The notes under the pieces are model-generated. The model had not been told where the DNA came from. It did not search any database and worked only from the letters and a program-made list of their open reading frames with translations. The translations under genes were made by a program, and so were the position numbers. Positions 40,649-50,977 of a stretch of 64,000 bases of DNA are shown here, in pieces (position 1 is the stretch's first letter; each line of letters begins with the position of its first letter). Source of the stretch: Pirellulales bacterium (GTDB taxonomy: Bacteria > Planctomycetota > Planctomycetia > Pirellulales > PALSA-1355); the NCBI GenBank assembly GCA_963733035.1, contig CAVTBU010000009.1, positions 128,001 to 192,000 of the forward strand, in the 5' to 3' direction.

Positions 40649-41818
40649 ATGAAGATCACCAAAATCGATTGTCACGTCTTGCTGATTCCCGACTACGACA
40701 TGTCCGCGTGTTCGTCTGCCCAAGACGATTTGGTGGTTGAAATTCACACCGATGAAGGACTTGTCGGCATTGGCGAAACCGACACCAATCCTTGGATCGC
40801 GCGCGAGTGCATTCGTGCCCGCGGCACGCATTGCATGGGCCTGGGGCTGGAGGAGATGCTGCTGGGAGCCGATCCGCTCGATCCTGAGGCGCTTTGGGAG
40901 AAACTCTATAGCGGCTCAAAGATGACCGGCCGTCGAGGCGCCGTGATTTGCGCGATCGGCGCGCTCGATATGGCGTTGTGGGATCTGCGCGGCAAAGCGC
41001 TTGGCAAGCCGGTATACGAACTGCTGGGCGGCTCGCGCAGCCGGCCGGTCGTGCCGTACGCGTCGCTGCTGCCAACCGGCAATACCGTGGCCGAACAGCG
41101 GGCATCGCTGCTCGAGAAGGTCGTCAAGGTGCAAAAGCTCGGCTACCGCGCCGCCAAGATCGAAGTCTGCATCAATGGGCCGTACAGTCACAATGGCCTG
41201 CAGGCTAACGATGACGAGGGCGTGGAAATGGTCGCCGCTTGCCGCCAAGCGGTGGGGCCCGATTTCACGTTGATGGTCGACGTGGCCTACGCCTGGCCCA
41301 GCGTCGCACACGCCTTGCGCGTACTTGAGCAACTTGCGCCTCACAATATCTACTTCTGCGAAACGCCGATCGACATTGACGATCTGGAGGGCTACGCCTC
41401 GCTGCATGATCAATCGCCGATTCCGATCGCGGCGGGCGAGTGGCAGAACACGCATTGGGAGTTCCTGGAACTGGCCGATCGCGGGAAACTCGACGTCTTG
41501 CAGCCCGACGTAGGACGTGTGGGCGGCTTTACGGACGCTCGCCGAGTGTGTCGGATCGCCGAGGAGCGTGGCCGCCGCATAGTGCCGCACTGCTGGAAAA
41601 GCGCCATCGGCATCGCCGCTAGCGCCCACCTGGCCACTTCGACGCCGGTCTGTCCGTTCATCGAGTTTTTGCCAGCGGAACTTTCCGAGTCGCCGCTGCG
41701 GCGCGAGCTGGTGCAGCAGGAGTTCGAACTGGTAGACGGTGCCCTGCGATTGCCGACTCAACCGGGGCTGGGCGTCGACCTGAACGACGACGCCCTGCGG
41801 CGTTTTGCGGCCGAGTAG
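40649..41818 (+). CDS. Mandelate racemase/muconate lactonizing enzyme family (enolase superfamily; probable acid-sugar dehydratase)
   Basis: TDEGLVGIGE, DMALWDLRGKALGKPVYELLGG, LMVD, ETP, AAGE, QPDVGRVGG, PHCW, PGLG. Confidence 0.9.
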   Translation: MKITKIDCHVLLIPDYDMSACSSAQDDLVVEIHTDEGLVGIGETDTNPWIARECIRARGTHCMGLGLEEMLLGADPLDPEALWEKLYSGSKMTGRRGAVICAIGALDMALWDLRGKALGKPVYELLGGSRSRPVVPYASLLPTGNTVAEQRASLLEKVVKVQKLGYRAAKIEVCINGPYSHNGLQANDDEGVEMVAACRQAVGPDFTLMVDVAYAWPSVAHALRVLEQLAPHNIYFCETPIDIDDLEGYASLHDQSPIPIAAGEWQNTHWEFLELADRGKLDVLQPDVGRVGGFTDARRVCRIAEERGRRIVPHCWKSAIGIAASAHLATSTPVCPFIEFLPAELSESPLRRELVQQEFELVDGALRLPTQPGLGVDLNDDALRRFAAE

Positions 41819-42037
41819 CTCCATCCACTAACCCGACAATCCGGTTCTCGCTCTTCCCAACCATTCGCGCCAGCATCGTACAAAGGCGGCAGCTCGACTG
41901 CACGCAAGCAAAGCGAATCGGTTGGTCGCACAAATGTTATCGAGATGGCGCAGCACAACAGATAGCGCAGTTGCAACAACCATCAGGCGCGATAGGATAA
42001 TTCCAGTCCAACACCTGAAACTCGTGGGAGGATTCCC

Positions 42038-43063
42038 ATGTCGATCGTCGATCGTGAATCTCGTTTCGCGCTCGGAAGCGCGACGATCGAGGCTCCCCAG
42101 CCGTTGCCGCTTCCGCAGCCGCAAGTGCGCGTCGCACCGGTGAAGCTGGTCGAGCTTTGCTACACGCTGGTCCATGCCGCCGAAGCGGTAGGCATTGTCG
42201 ATCTTGCTGACGGCGAATACTTGCCTGGCGATACGACGCTGGAAGAGGGCATCGAGCGGCAGCTCAATTACCTGCTCGACCAGGTCGGCTGCCGGCGGCC
42301 CGGCTTTCGTTTGCTGGAAATCGGATGCGGGTATGGACATCTGCTCCAACTGGCAAAACAGCGTGGAGCACGGGCCATCGGAGTTAATCTATCACCAGAA
42401 CAAGTACGGCATTGCAACGAGCACGGCTTGCAGGCCTATTGCTGCAACTACCGCGATCTGCTGGATGCCGGCGCGTGGCACGGCCAATTTGACGGCGTGA
42501 TTGCCAATGGCTCGCTGGAGCACTGGGTGCAGCCCGAGGATGTGCAAGCGGGCTTGATGGATTCGATCTACCAGGAGTCGTTCGCCATTGCGCACAAACT
42601 ACTCGATCCGCAGGTGGCCGACGCGCGGTACGTGACGACGTCGATTCACGTCAAGCGCGAGGTTAGGCCGGAATACCTGCTCACGCCCTGGTACCGTCAT
42701 CCGCGCGGCTCCAATCGCCGCCACTACAGCCTGCTTCACAATTGGATGGGCGGATACTACCCGGTCGACGGCCAGTTGGCCGAGTGTGCCAAACCGCACT
42801 TCACTCTCGCGGGCGAAACGGATGGCACCGAAGGCTATCGCATTGCCAACGAATACCGGATGGCCCGGATGCTGCGCGGTTTGTATACCTGTCCAAAAAT
42901 GGTGTGGCGGATTGCCCGAGCCCTGGTCCGCTATCCCCGCGTCACCAGCACGATGATCGAATGCTTCTTCATCGAACGCTCGTGGGACTGGCAGTTCCAG
43001 GGAGCAGACCCGCCGATGAAACTGTTGCGTCACACGTGGCGGAAGAGCGCGCCGGAGAATTGA
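42038..43063 (+). CDS. Class I SAM-dependent methyltransferase, cyclopropane-fatty-acyl synthase-like
   Basis: LLEIGCGYG, GVNLSPEQ, NYRDL, FDGVIANGSLEH. Confidence 0.75.
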   Translation: MSIVDRESRFALGSATIEAPQPLPLPQPQVRVAPVKLVELCYTLVHAAEAVGIVDLADGEYLPGDTTLEEGIERQLNYLLDQVGCRRPGFRLLEIGCGYGHLLQLAKQRGARAIGVNLSPEQVRHCNEHGLQAYCCNYRDLLDAGAWHGQFDGVIANGSLEHWVQPEDVQAGLMDSIYQESFAIAHKLLDPQVADARYVTTSIHVKREVRPEYLLTPWYRHPRGSNRRHYSLLHNWMGGYYPVDGQLAECAKPHFTLAGETDGTEGYRIANEYRMARMLRGLYTCPKMVWRIARALVRYPRVTSTMIECFFIERSWDWQFQGADPPMKLLRHTWRKSAPEN

Positions 43064-43142
43064 GTTGGTCTGGGGCGGCGATATCCACTGCGCCCTGCCG
43101 TACAAATTGCGCCGCAACCGTTAAGACGACACTATAGCGAGG

Positions 43143-45176
43143 TCACACGCCGGAGTTCCCAGGCGCTGCCAATTCGGCCGGCGTTTCCAGCTCCACGCCA
43201 TCGGTTGTTTGGCCGCTTGTCACATTCACTTTGACCGCCCGCTGCCAGGGATCGGCATTCGCTCGGTGTCGCTTGCGCTCCTCGGCCGAAATCCCGGTGA
43301 GCTCCCGTGGTACCTCGGCGTCTTCAAAGCCGTCGCTGCCGACCTTCAGGCCGTAGGTACCCGGCGGCAAATGTTCGAGCGAAAAGTTGCCGTCCGCATC
43401 GATGCGTGCTTCGGCCCGCAGGCCCTGGTCGTTAAACGCCACGGCCCACAAATTTCCTTGCCACACCGCGGGCACGTTCTTCACCGTTCCGTGAATGCTG
43501 CCGCCGGCGACGCACTCGATGTCGACCTGCTTGGTTTCGTTGGCGGAGATCTCCAGCGGGCCGACTTGTGTGATCGCGTAACCGGGCTCGTCGACGACGA
43601 CGTACTGCCCCTTTCCCGTCTTCGGCACGTCAAGCGTGTACGTTCCGTTGTGAATCGGTACATATGAAGGACGAACCGAGCTTCCGGCAGTCGTGCGACC
43701 GCGCATGATCGGCGCGTTCAGCAGGTTCCTTGGTTTAGGCACCACCCACAGGGCGACCCACCCGGAACTGACGGGCCGCCCATTTCGCGTCACCGTGCCG
43801 GTGATCCGCTGGGTTTGAATTGTTGGTTTCGAGTGTTCCGTCTTTTGCTTGAGCTTGACAACCAGCCCGTCGATCGGCTGCAGATTCTTGATGGGCGGGG
43901 TGAAAGTGTCGCCGTCGTGGAAACCCTTCGCCGAGAGCGTCAGGTGATATTCTTGCGGCTTCGTATAGGGCACGCGGAAATGCCCCGGCGAGGGCTGCTC
44001 GAATGGCGACGTTCCGCATGCATTCAAGACCAGCTCGCCGTCCGGCTTTCGGTAAAACGTACAGAGCACGGCGCGATGGATCTCGACGGGTTCGCCCGAT
44101 TCCGCGTCGACCGCGTCGCCCTCGATCCAGGCGACACGTGGCATCGTGACCAGGAACTCCTTGGTGGTGACGAGTGATCGCTCTTGCGTCGCCAGATCGC
44201 GGTGTTTGAAGCCGTCTTCGTCGATCTGCATGGACCAGTTGATCGGAATGTGCCCTTCCTTCGCCATGTTGAATTGGAAGTTTGGGTTGGCCGCGAAGCC
44301 GTTTATCACAAACCGTCCGCTCGCGTCCGTCTCAGCGGTTCGGCCGAAGGCGTAGATCGCCACTCCCTCAAGCGGCTGACCCGCTTCGTCGACCACCCGC
44401 CCCTGAACCGGCACATCTTTTTTCAATCGGATTGGCTCGGGTAGCGATCGCTCACCGCTGGGAATCGTAAAAGTGGTGCTGCTGGCGATTTGACGGTCCG
44501 GCAGTCGTACAACGAGCTGGGCCTTTCCCACGGGTAACGGAGGCGTTCGGAAGCGGCCCTCGCCGTCGGTGGTGACCGTGACCGGCTCGCCAACTTGCTC
44601 GATCGTGTGCCCACTAATGTATCGATAAATGAAACACTCGACGGTCGTATTTGCGCGCGGCTGCCCATCTGAGTCAATCACCTGGCCGGTGACCTCGCAA
44701 CCGCGATTGAGCTGAATCGTTCCCAGGCCGTTGTCCGCGCCGGGGTAAATGACGTAAGTCAGCCTAGGGACGACTTCCAACGCATAGTTATCGGCCTCGA
44801 TAAGGACGTCGCCTAGTGGACGACAACTTGCTTCGACCGGCCCCAGCTGAAAGTGCCCTTCGGCATCCGTCGTCGTTTCACACACCAACCCGTAGGAGGC
44901 GTCCAGCGTGTCACGATCGTATTTCCGCTGACGGACCGAAACCCGGGCGCCTGCAACCACCTTGCCCGCGGGATCAACCACGGTTCCGGACAACGTGCCA
45001 ACAGCGACCTTGTCCTCGATGGGCTGTCCGTCGGCGGCCTGAATTTCATTGGGGTCGGCGACTGATTGACCAACAAACACAAGTCCGACAAACACAACCA
45101 GCGATAAGCCGCAAACATGGAGTCGGGCGATCATCGCAAATCTCCCTTTTAACATTGTCTCGGGCTGTCGAAGCAC
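43143..45176 (-). CDS. Secreted protein with multiple carboxypeptidase-regulatory-like (CarboxypepD_reg) beta-sandwich repeats
   Basis: Repeated G.V.D..G.P..G...TD..G.F motifs. Signal peptide. Start may be a downstream Met. Confidence 0.75.
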   Translation of the reverse strand: MLRQPETMLKGRFAMIARLHVCGLSLVVFVGLVFVGQSVADPNEIQAADGQPIEDKVAVGTLSGTVVDPAGKVVAGARVSVRQRKYDRDTLDASYGLVCETTTDAEGHFQLGPVEASCRPLGDVLIEADNYALEVVPRLTYVIYPGADNGLGTIQLNRGCEVTGQVIDSDGQPRANTTVECFIYRYISGHTIEQVGEPVTVTTDGEGRFRTPPLPVGKAQLVVRLPDRQIASSTTFTIPSGERSLPEPIRLKKDVPVQGRVVDEAGQPLEGVAIYAFGRTAETDASGRFVINGFAANPNFQFNMAKEGHIPINWSMQIDEDGFKHRDLATQERSLVTTKEFLVTMPRVAWIEGDAVDAESGEPVEIHRAVLCTFYRKPDGELVLNACGTSPFEQPSPGHFRVPYTKPQEYHLTLSAKGFHDGDTFTPPIKNLQPIDGLVVKLKQKTEHSKPTIQTQRITGTVTRNGRPVSSGWVALWVVPKPRNLLNAPIMRGRTTAGSSVRPSYVPIHNGTYTLDVPKTGKGQYVVVDEPGYAITQVGPLEISANETKQVDIECVAGGSIHGTVKNVPAVWQGNLWAVAFNDQGLRAEARIDADGNFSLEHLPPGTYGLKVGSDGFEDAEVPRELTGISAEERKRHRANADPWQRAVKVNVTSGQTTDGVELETPAELAAPGNSGV

Positions 45177-45419
45177 GGAGTAGACATTCGACCGACGGGT
45201 TGATTATATCACCCCCCGGACGGCTAACAACGAATTCCCGCAGCCGGTTGGGAGCATGCACGATGACCAATGGAGCCTCTCGGCAGGAAATTGCACGACT
45301 GGCGATGTTCGCAACCTACGCAGCCCGGGGCCTCGGCTGTTGTCCTCGCCGGTTTGCCACCGCCTTTCTCGCCGCCTATATTGCGCGGCGGGCGGATTCA
45401 CCGTCGGAGGACTTGACGC

Positions 45420-46370
45420 GTGGCAACGAATCCTGATATTTCGCGGCGTGACTGGTTGCGACAGGCTGGCGTCGCGGGATTGGCGGCCGCGGGGTCAGGC
45501 GTGTTGGAAAGGCCGGCCATGGCAGTGAGCGACAAGAAGTGGCATGTTGTCGACCCGCACGTGCACGTGTGGAAGAACGATCCGCGCTATCCGTGGCCTG
45601 CGGATTTGCAGTCGCCGCCCAGGCAAGACGCGACGACCGAGATGCTGCTCGATCGGATGCGCGAGCACGGCGTCGATCAAACCGTCATCGTGCACGTCAT
45701 CTACTACCGCTGGGATTGTCGATATGCGGCCGATTCGGTGCGAGCGCATCCGAACAAGTTTGGCGGCGTATGCCGGGTCGACCCGCTTCGTTCCGAAGCC
45801 ACTTCGCAGCTAGTACACTGGGTATCGCAAGGGCTGCGCGGCGTGCGGCTCAGTCCGGGGAATGGCCCCGGCGGAGACTGGATTGGCGACGTGCCGCGGA
45901 TGGATGCCATTTGGACCAAGGCGGCCGAGCTCAAGGTGCCGATGTGCATTCTGTGCCCGATTGATCGAATTCCCGATGTCGAGCAAGTGATCGCGCGTCA
46001 CGACGGGCAGCTCGACGTGTGCATCGATCACATGGCTGACTGCCCGATCGATCAGCCGGAGGAATTGAAGAAGCTACTGGTGCTGGCGCGGTATCCAAGG
46101 GTGTATGTCAAGCTGAGCCACTTGTGGATGCTTTCGAAGCAGGACTATCCTTACCGCGATACCCACGACCAGGTGCGCAAACTGTACGACGCGTTCGGTC
46201 CAGAGCGGTTGATGTGGGGCACGGACTGGCCGGTCGTCGAGGACTACTGCGGCTACGGCCGGGCGCTGGCGCTGTATCGCGACGAGATCAAGTTCTTCAG
46301 CGACGACGATCGCCGCTGGATCCTGGGCCAAACGGCGCTCAAGCTCTGGCCGATTGGGAATTCCAGTTGA
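45420..46370 (+). CDS. Tat-exported amidohydrolase_2 family protein (sugar lactonase-like)
   Basis: SRRDWL, VDPHVHVW, GVRL, IDHMA, YVKLS, FGPERLMWGTDWP. Confidence 0.85.
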   Translation: MATNPDISRRDWLRQAGVAGLAAAGSGVLERPAMAVSDKKWHVVDPHVHVWKNDPRYPWPADLQSPPRQDATTEMLLDRMREHGVDQTVIVHVIYYRWDCRYAADSVRAHPNKFGGVCRVDPLRSEATSQLVHWVSQGLRGVRLSPGNGPGGDWIGDVPRMDAIWTKAAELKVPMCILCPIDRIPDVEQVIARHDGQLDVCIDHMADCPIDQPEELKKLLVLARYPRVYVKLSHLWMLSKQDYPYRDTHDQVRKLYDAFGPERLMWGTDWPVVEDYCGYGRALALYRDEIKFFSDDDRRWILGQTALKLWPIGNSS

Positions 46371-46399
46371 ACCGATCGCAATTAAGTGGAGGGATAACG

Positions 46400-47410
46400 A
46401 TGGAACGACAGACGCGACGAACGTTTCTCAAGTCGGCCGGTCTCGTGGCAGGCTCCTCCCTCCTCATCACGCGCCCGGCGTTCGCCGAAGAGCCGGCCGC
46501 ACCAGAAAAACCGCGCGAGCGGCCAAACATTCTTTACGCCGTGTCGACCGGATGCTGGGGGCCAGTGACGCCGCCTGGCGAGCATCTGCCGCTGCTCAAG
46601 ATTCTCGACGAAACCGCGGCCGCCGGTTTCAATGGTGTGCGACTGACCGGCTTTCCCGGTTTGCTCGAACAAAACGGACTGAGCGTCGAAGCGTATGGCG
46701 AGGAATTGGCGAGCCGTGGCCTGCGGTTTTCAACCGTGTCGTTTGGCGGAAACTATTACGACACCAACGCGCACGCCGATATTCGCCAGCGGGCTCGCGA
46801 TGCTCTGGCGGCACATAAAAAGTACGGCGCAACGGCCATGGTCTTTTTTCCGCCGTCACCGGTTCCCGAGGCGGAAGAGGCCGAGGCACTTTCTGCCATG
46901 TTTGCCTTCGTCAACGAGCTGGGGAAGATGGCCGTCGAGGAGTACGGCATCCGCATGGGCTTGCACAACCATACCGATACGATTGTGGAAAACCAGCGGC
47001 AGGTCGATCGGTTTCTCGAGGGGACCGATCCGCGCTATGTCTTCGCTGCCTGGGATTCGGCCCATCTGCTGTTGGGCGGGTGCGACGTGCAGGCGACGTA
47101 CAAAAAGGCGATCGATCGGCTCGTCTACACCGACTTCAAGGACGCCACCCTGCAGCCGACGGCCGAGGACTACCTGGCCCCCAACGGCACGCGCTACGCC
47201 GGCGACACGCATCAGGGGCGTTTTTATAATTCGATGCTGGAGCTGGGGCGCGGCCAGATCGACTTTGTGTCGCTGATGCAACTGCTGGCCGACAACAAGT
47301 ATCGTGGCTGGATCAACCACGATCTGGATACAATCCGCGTGTCGATCGACGAGAGCTGGCGAGTGTCGATGGGCTACATCAAAGAGAAACTGGATCCGAT
47401 TTATATGTAG
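46400..47410 (+). CDS. Tat-exported sugar phosphate isomerase/epimerase (IolE-like TIM barrel)
   Basis: TRRTFL, LHNHTDT, DSAHL, FKD, ELGRGQIDF, YRGWI. GGAGG RBS. Confidence 0.8.
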   Translation: MERQTRRTFLKSAGLVAGSSLLITRPAFAEEPAAPEKPRERPNILYAVSTGCWGPVTPPGEHLPLLKILDETAAAGFNGVRLTGFPGLLEQNGLSVEAYGEELASRGLRFSTVSFGGNYYDTNAHADIRQRARDALAAHKKYGATAMVFFPPSPVPEAEEAEALSAMFAFVNELGKMAVEEYGIRMGLHNHTDTIVENQRQVDRFLEGTDPRYVFAAWDSAHLLLGGCDVQATYKKAIDRLVYTDFKDATLQPTAEDYLAPNGTRYAGDTHQGRFYNSMLELGRGQIDFVSLMQLLADNKYRGWINHDLDTIRVSIDESWRVSMGYIKEKLDPIYM

Positions 47411-47433
47411 GTCAGGCCTGGGCCTGACCGGCT

Positions 47434-47766
47434 CTAAGCCGCGCCCTGCGCCTTGCGGAGCTCGTTGCCCATTTGGCCGGTCAGCATTTTGGCCCACATC
47501 TTCCAGTCGGCAATGAAGGACCAGAGCGGGTACTTGAAGCTGGCGGGCTTGTTCTTCTCGATGAAGAAATGTCCGATCCAGGCGAAGCCATAACCAACGA
47601 TCGGCGCGGCGATCAGCAGCCAAGGGTTGTAGAAAATGCCCGCGGCCAGCACGACCAGTGATAGCGTGCTGCCAATAAAGTGCAGCGCCCGGCAGGCCGG
47701 CACCGAATGCTCGCGGACGTAAAACGGCCAGAACTCCTGGAACGTTTGAATGCGCTGTTCAGACAT
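47434..47766 (-). CDS. DUF962 (Mpo1-like) small membrane protein
   Basis: FQEFWPFYVREHS, LHFIG, GYGFAWIGHFFIEKNKPASFKYP, DWKM. Confidence 0.88.
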   Translation of the reverse strand: MSEQRIQTFQEFWPFYVREHSVPACRALHFIGSTLSLVVLAAGIFYNPWLLIAAPIVGYGFAWIGHFFIEKNKPASFKYPLWSFIADWKMWAKMLTGQMGNELRKAQGAA

Positions 47767-47799
47767 GACGCATGGCTCCGTGAAACGTGTGTGATTGGT

Positions 47800-49164
47800 T
47801 CAGATCAATTCGGCCAGCGGCCGCGCTCCGTCGTCGACGAGGTATTGCGGCCGGCCCTGAAAATCGGTGATAGTGGTCGTGCTCGCATCGATTCCCAGAT
47901 TGTGATACAGCGTGGCAAACAATTCGGGAAACGTGACCGGGCGATCGATTGCCTCGCCAGCCAGACGGTCCGTCGCGCCGATCACCTGGCCGGTCCGCAT
48001 GCCGCCGCCGGCCAGCAGCCCACAGGCGACGCGGGGCCAATGGTCGCGACCAACGTTTTTATTAATCGTCGGCGTGCGGCCAAACTCGCCCCACACGGCC
48101 ACAGTAACGTCTTTGTCCAGGCCGCGCTCGTGCAAGTCTTCGATCAGGGCTGAAAAACCGCGATCAAAGACGGTCAGGTCTTCCTGACAACGGTCGAAGC
48201 ACGAGCCGTAAGGATGGCCATGCCAGTCCCATTTGCTGTAGTTAAGTGTGACGACGCGCGCGCCCGCTTCGACCAGTCGGCGGGCGAGGAGAAAACTTTG
48301 TGGCACGCGAGGCGCGCCGTTTTCATCAATGTGAACAGTTTCATCGCCAGTGCCATACCGTTCGACGACGCGCGGGTCTTCGTTCGACAGGTCAAGGGCA
48401 TTGGCCAATCGCGGCGAAGTCAGAATACTCATCGCGCGTTCGGTGAAAGCATCCATGCCATGCATCTTGCCACTGGCGTCCGCGCCGCGTCGAAAACGAT
48501 CGAGGCTCGCGAGCAGGGCCTTGCGATTGCCAAGCTGACCGGGCGAGACGCCATGCAAGACCATGTCGTCGCGTGCCGGACCCCGAGGACGCAACGAATC
48601 GTGAGCGATGCCCAAAAACCCGGCTCCGGGCTCATTGTACGGTGGGTGTGTGCACTGGTAGCAGAGACTGACGAACGGCGGCACGCTTTTGTCGCGCGGA
48701 CCCTGCACCTTGGAAACAACCGAACCGAGCTGCGGCCAGCCGCCGGCCGGCACATTCTGCTTTGGATGACGTCCGGTGTAGCACTGGGTCGCATCATGGT
48801 CGTCCTGGGCGCCGACAATGGAACGAATCGGCACCAGTTTGTCCATCATCTGTGCCAGCCGCGGCAGATGCTCGCAGATGTCGATGCCGGCCACATTGGT
48901 GCGAATCGGACGAAACGGCCCAGCTACTTCGCGCGGCGCCTCGGGCTTGAGGTCGAGAATATCTTGATGCGGAGGACCGCCGACCAGGTAGACAAGGATC
49001 ACCGACTTTTGCGAATTGCCCGCGCCGCCGCGCTCTTGGGCGGCCAGCAATTGCGGCAGCGTCATGCCGGCCAGTCCGAGCGTGCCGATCTTGAGAAAGT
49101 CGCGGCGCGTCGTGCCGTCGCAAAAGGGTGTACGGCGGTCCGGTCGGCCTTGAATCGTAAGCAT
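47800..49164 (-). CDS. DUF1501 family protein (Tat signal)
   Basis: [48 protein letters not shown]. Confidence 0.9.
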   Translation of the reverse strand: MLTIQGRPDRRTPFCDGTTRRDFLKIGTLGLAGMTLPQLLAAQERGGAGNSQKSVILVYLVGGPPHQDILDLKPEAPREVAGPFRPIRTNVAGIDICEHLPRLAQMMDKLVPIRSIVGAQDDHDATQCYTGRHPKQNVPAGGWPQLGSVVSKVQGPRDKSVPPFVSLCYQCTHPPYNEPGAGFLGIAHDSLRPRGPARDDMVLHGVSPGQLGNRKALLASLDRFRRGADASGKMHGMDAFTERAMSILTSPRLANALDLSNEDPRVVERYGTGDETVHIDENGAPRVPQSFLLARRLVEAGARVVTLNYSKWDWHGHPYGSCFDRCQEDLTVFDRGFSALIEDLHERGLDKDVTVAVWGEFGRTPTINKNVGRDHWPRVACGLLAGGGMRTGQVIGATDRLAGEAIDRPVTFPELFATLYHNLGIDASTTTITDFQGRPQYLVDDGARPLAELI

Positions 49165-49321
49165 CGAACCTCCTCGCTCGCTTTGCGTGGGGCGAGCAAT
49201 CGGCGAAACTCGTGTCGCTCGACATGATAACCGCCCGGCTTGCGGCCACCAAGCCGACGTAAGCGCGCCCCGCACCTTTGGCTTGGTGGCGGTCGTTGGC
49301 TCGTCAAATTATACTGCCTCC

Positions 49322-50926
49322 ATGCATGGTCTGGCTGCGATCTTACTACTCTTGGCGCGGATGCCGACCGAGCCGGCTGAAGACTCACAGCCGCGCAAGG
49401 CATCTTGTTCGCTCACGCTCGAACTCGTCGATGCGAAGTCGCGACAACCGCTTTCTGGCATCGTGCGAATCGTCGGACCGGACCGGCGCGTTTGTAAGCC
49501 GCCGGAGCTGCTCAACCGCGGCCAGGGGCTCGGCGAAACAGACCCGATTCACGAATGGTCGGTGCTGAACAAGAAAATGTCCCTGACCGTACCGGCCGGG
49601 CCGATTTCGATCCATGCACTGGCCGGCTTGGAAAGCGACCTGGCTGAGCAGCAAGTCGATCTGACCGGCAAGCCGCACGCGGAATTGTCCATCGGACTTC
49701 GGCGGTTCAAGAACATGCGGGCGACCGGACACGTGGCCGGCAATACACATCTGCACCTCAAGCAGCTAAGCAAACCGCAGGCCGATCGATATCTGAAAGA
49801 AGTCCCTCTGGGCGACGGGCTCGACGTCGTGTTCGTCTCGTATCTCGAAAGGGCCGGCGCCGATCTGGAGTACACCAGTAATAACTACACAGCGAAGGAC
49901 CTGGCGCGCTTGTCGCACGGTCATCTGCATTTTGGACACGGCGAGGAGCAGCGGCACAACTTCGGCTCACACGGAGAGGGTTATGGACACATCCTGCTAC
50001 TCGACATTCCTTATATCGTGCAGCCAGTAAGCATCGGTCCGGGCATTACAAAGACAGGCGTCGATTCGCCGCCGCTGCAAGAAGGGATCGACAAAGCTCG
50101 CGGCGCCGGGGGCAAGGTAATTTGGGCCCACAACCTGTTCGGCTTCGAGGACATTCCGAATTGGATCACCGGCCGCGTGCACGCCAACAACATTTACGAC
50201 GGCAGCCACCGCGGCAGCTTCAAAGACACCTATTACCGCTATCTGAACATCGGCCTGCACGTTCCCTTTTCCACCGGCACCGATTGGTTCATTTATGACT
50301 TTTCGCGGGTCTATGTGCTGGCCGAGCGGCCGCTCACTCCCACCGAGTGGCTCGACGAACTAGCAGCCGGCAAGTCGATGATCACGAACGGTCCACTCGT
50401 GGAACTGACCGTCGACGGGCAGCCGCTGGGCAGCGTGATCGAGTTAAACCAGCCGCGGGAAGTGCGGGTGCGGGGCAGGGCGATCGGCCGCGCGGACTTC
50501 AAGCGGATCGAACTGGTGCGGAATGGGCGGGTCGTAGAAACGGCGGCGTGCACGGCCGAAGGCGGTCACTTCCGGGCGGAGCTTGATTTGCCGCTGCGGG
50601 TGGACAAGTCCAGTTGGCTAGCGCTGCGAACGGTGCCTCCGCCGGTCGAAGGAGATCCGGAATTGCACGAGCTGGTCGGCACGAACGAGTTCGATCATCC
50701 GCTCTTTTCGCACACCAGCCCAATTTACGTCCTCGTGGCGGGGCAGCCCATTTTCGACGAGGAAACGGCTCGGGGACTGCTGGCGGAAATGGAGTCGGAC
50801 GTGGCGAAAATCGAAGCGGAAGCCAAATTCAGCAATCCGTTCCAGCGGCGGCGCGTGCTCAAGGTTTACGAGGAGGCCATCGAGAAGCTGCGCGAACGAC
50901 TGGCGGGACCGACACCGGCCGGGTAA
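49322..50926 (+). CDS. CehA/McbA family (PHP-like) metallohydrolase
   Basis: GNTHLH, GEE, GHI, IWAH, YYRYLNIG, STGTD, SRVYV, ITNGP, HTSPIYV. Confidence 0.75.
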   Translation: MHGLAAILLLLARMPTEPAEDSQPRKASCSLTLELVDAKSRQPLSGIVRIVGPDRRVCKPPELLNRGQGLGETDPIHEWSVLNKKMSLTVPAGPISIHALAGLESDLAEQQVDLTGKPHAELSIGLRRFKNMRATGHVAGNTHLHLKQLSKPQADRYLKEVPLGDGLDVVFVSYLERAGADLEYTSNNYTAKDLARLSHGHLHFGHGEEQRHNFGSHGEGYGHILLLDIPYIVQPVSIGPGITKTGVDSPPLQEGIDKARGAGGKVIWAHNLFGFEDIPNWITGRVHANNIYDGSHRGSFKDTYYRYLNIGLHVPFSTGTDWFIYDFSRVYVLAERPLTPTEWLDELAAGKSMITNGPLVELTVDGQPLGSVIELNQPREVRVRGRAIGRADFKRIELVRNGRVVETAACTAEGGHFRAELDLPLRVDKSSWLALRTVPPPVEGDPELHELVGTNEFDHPLFSHTSPIYVLVAGQPIFDEETARGLLAEMESDVAKIEAEAKFSNPFQRRRVLKVYEEAIEKLRERLAGPTPAG

Positions 50927-50977
50927 AAATAGGGTAATCCCCAGAGAGTGCCACCAATCGCTGGAGAGTGCCCATCC

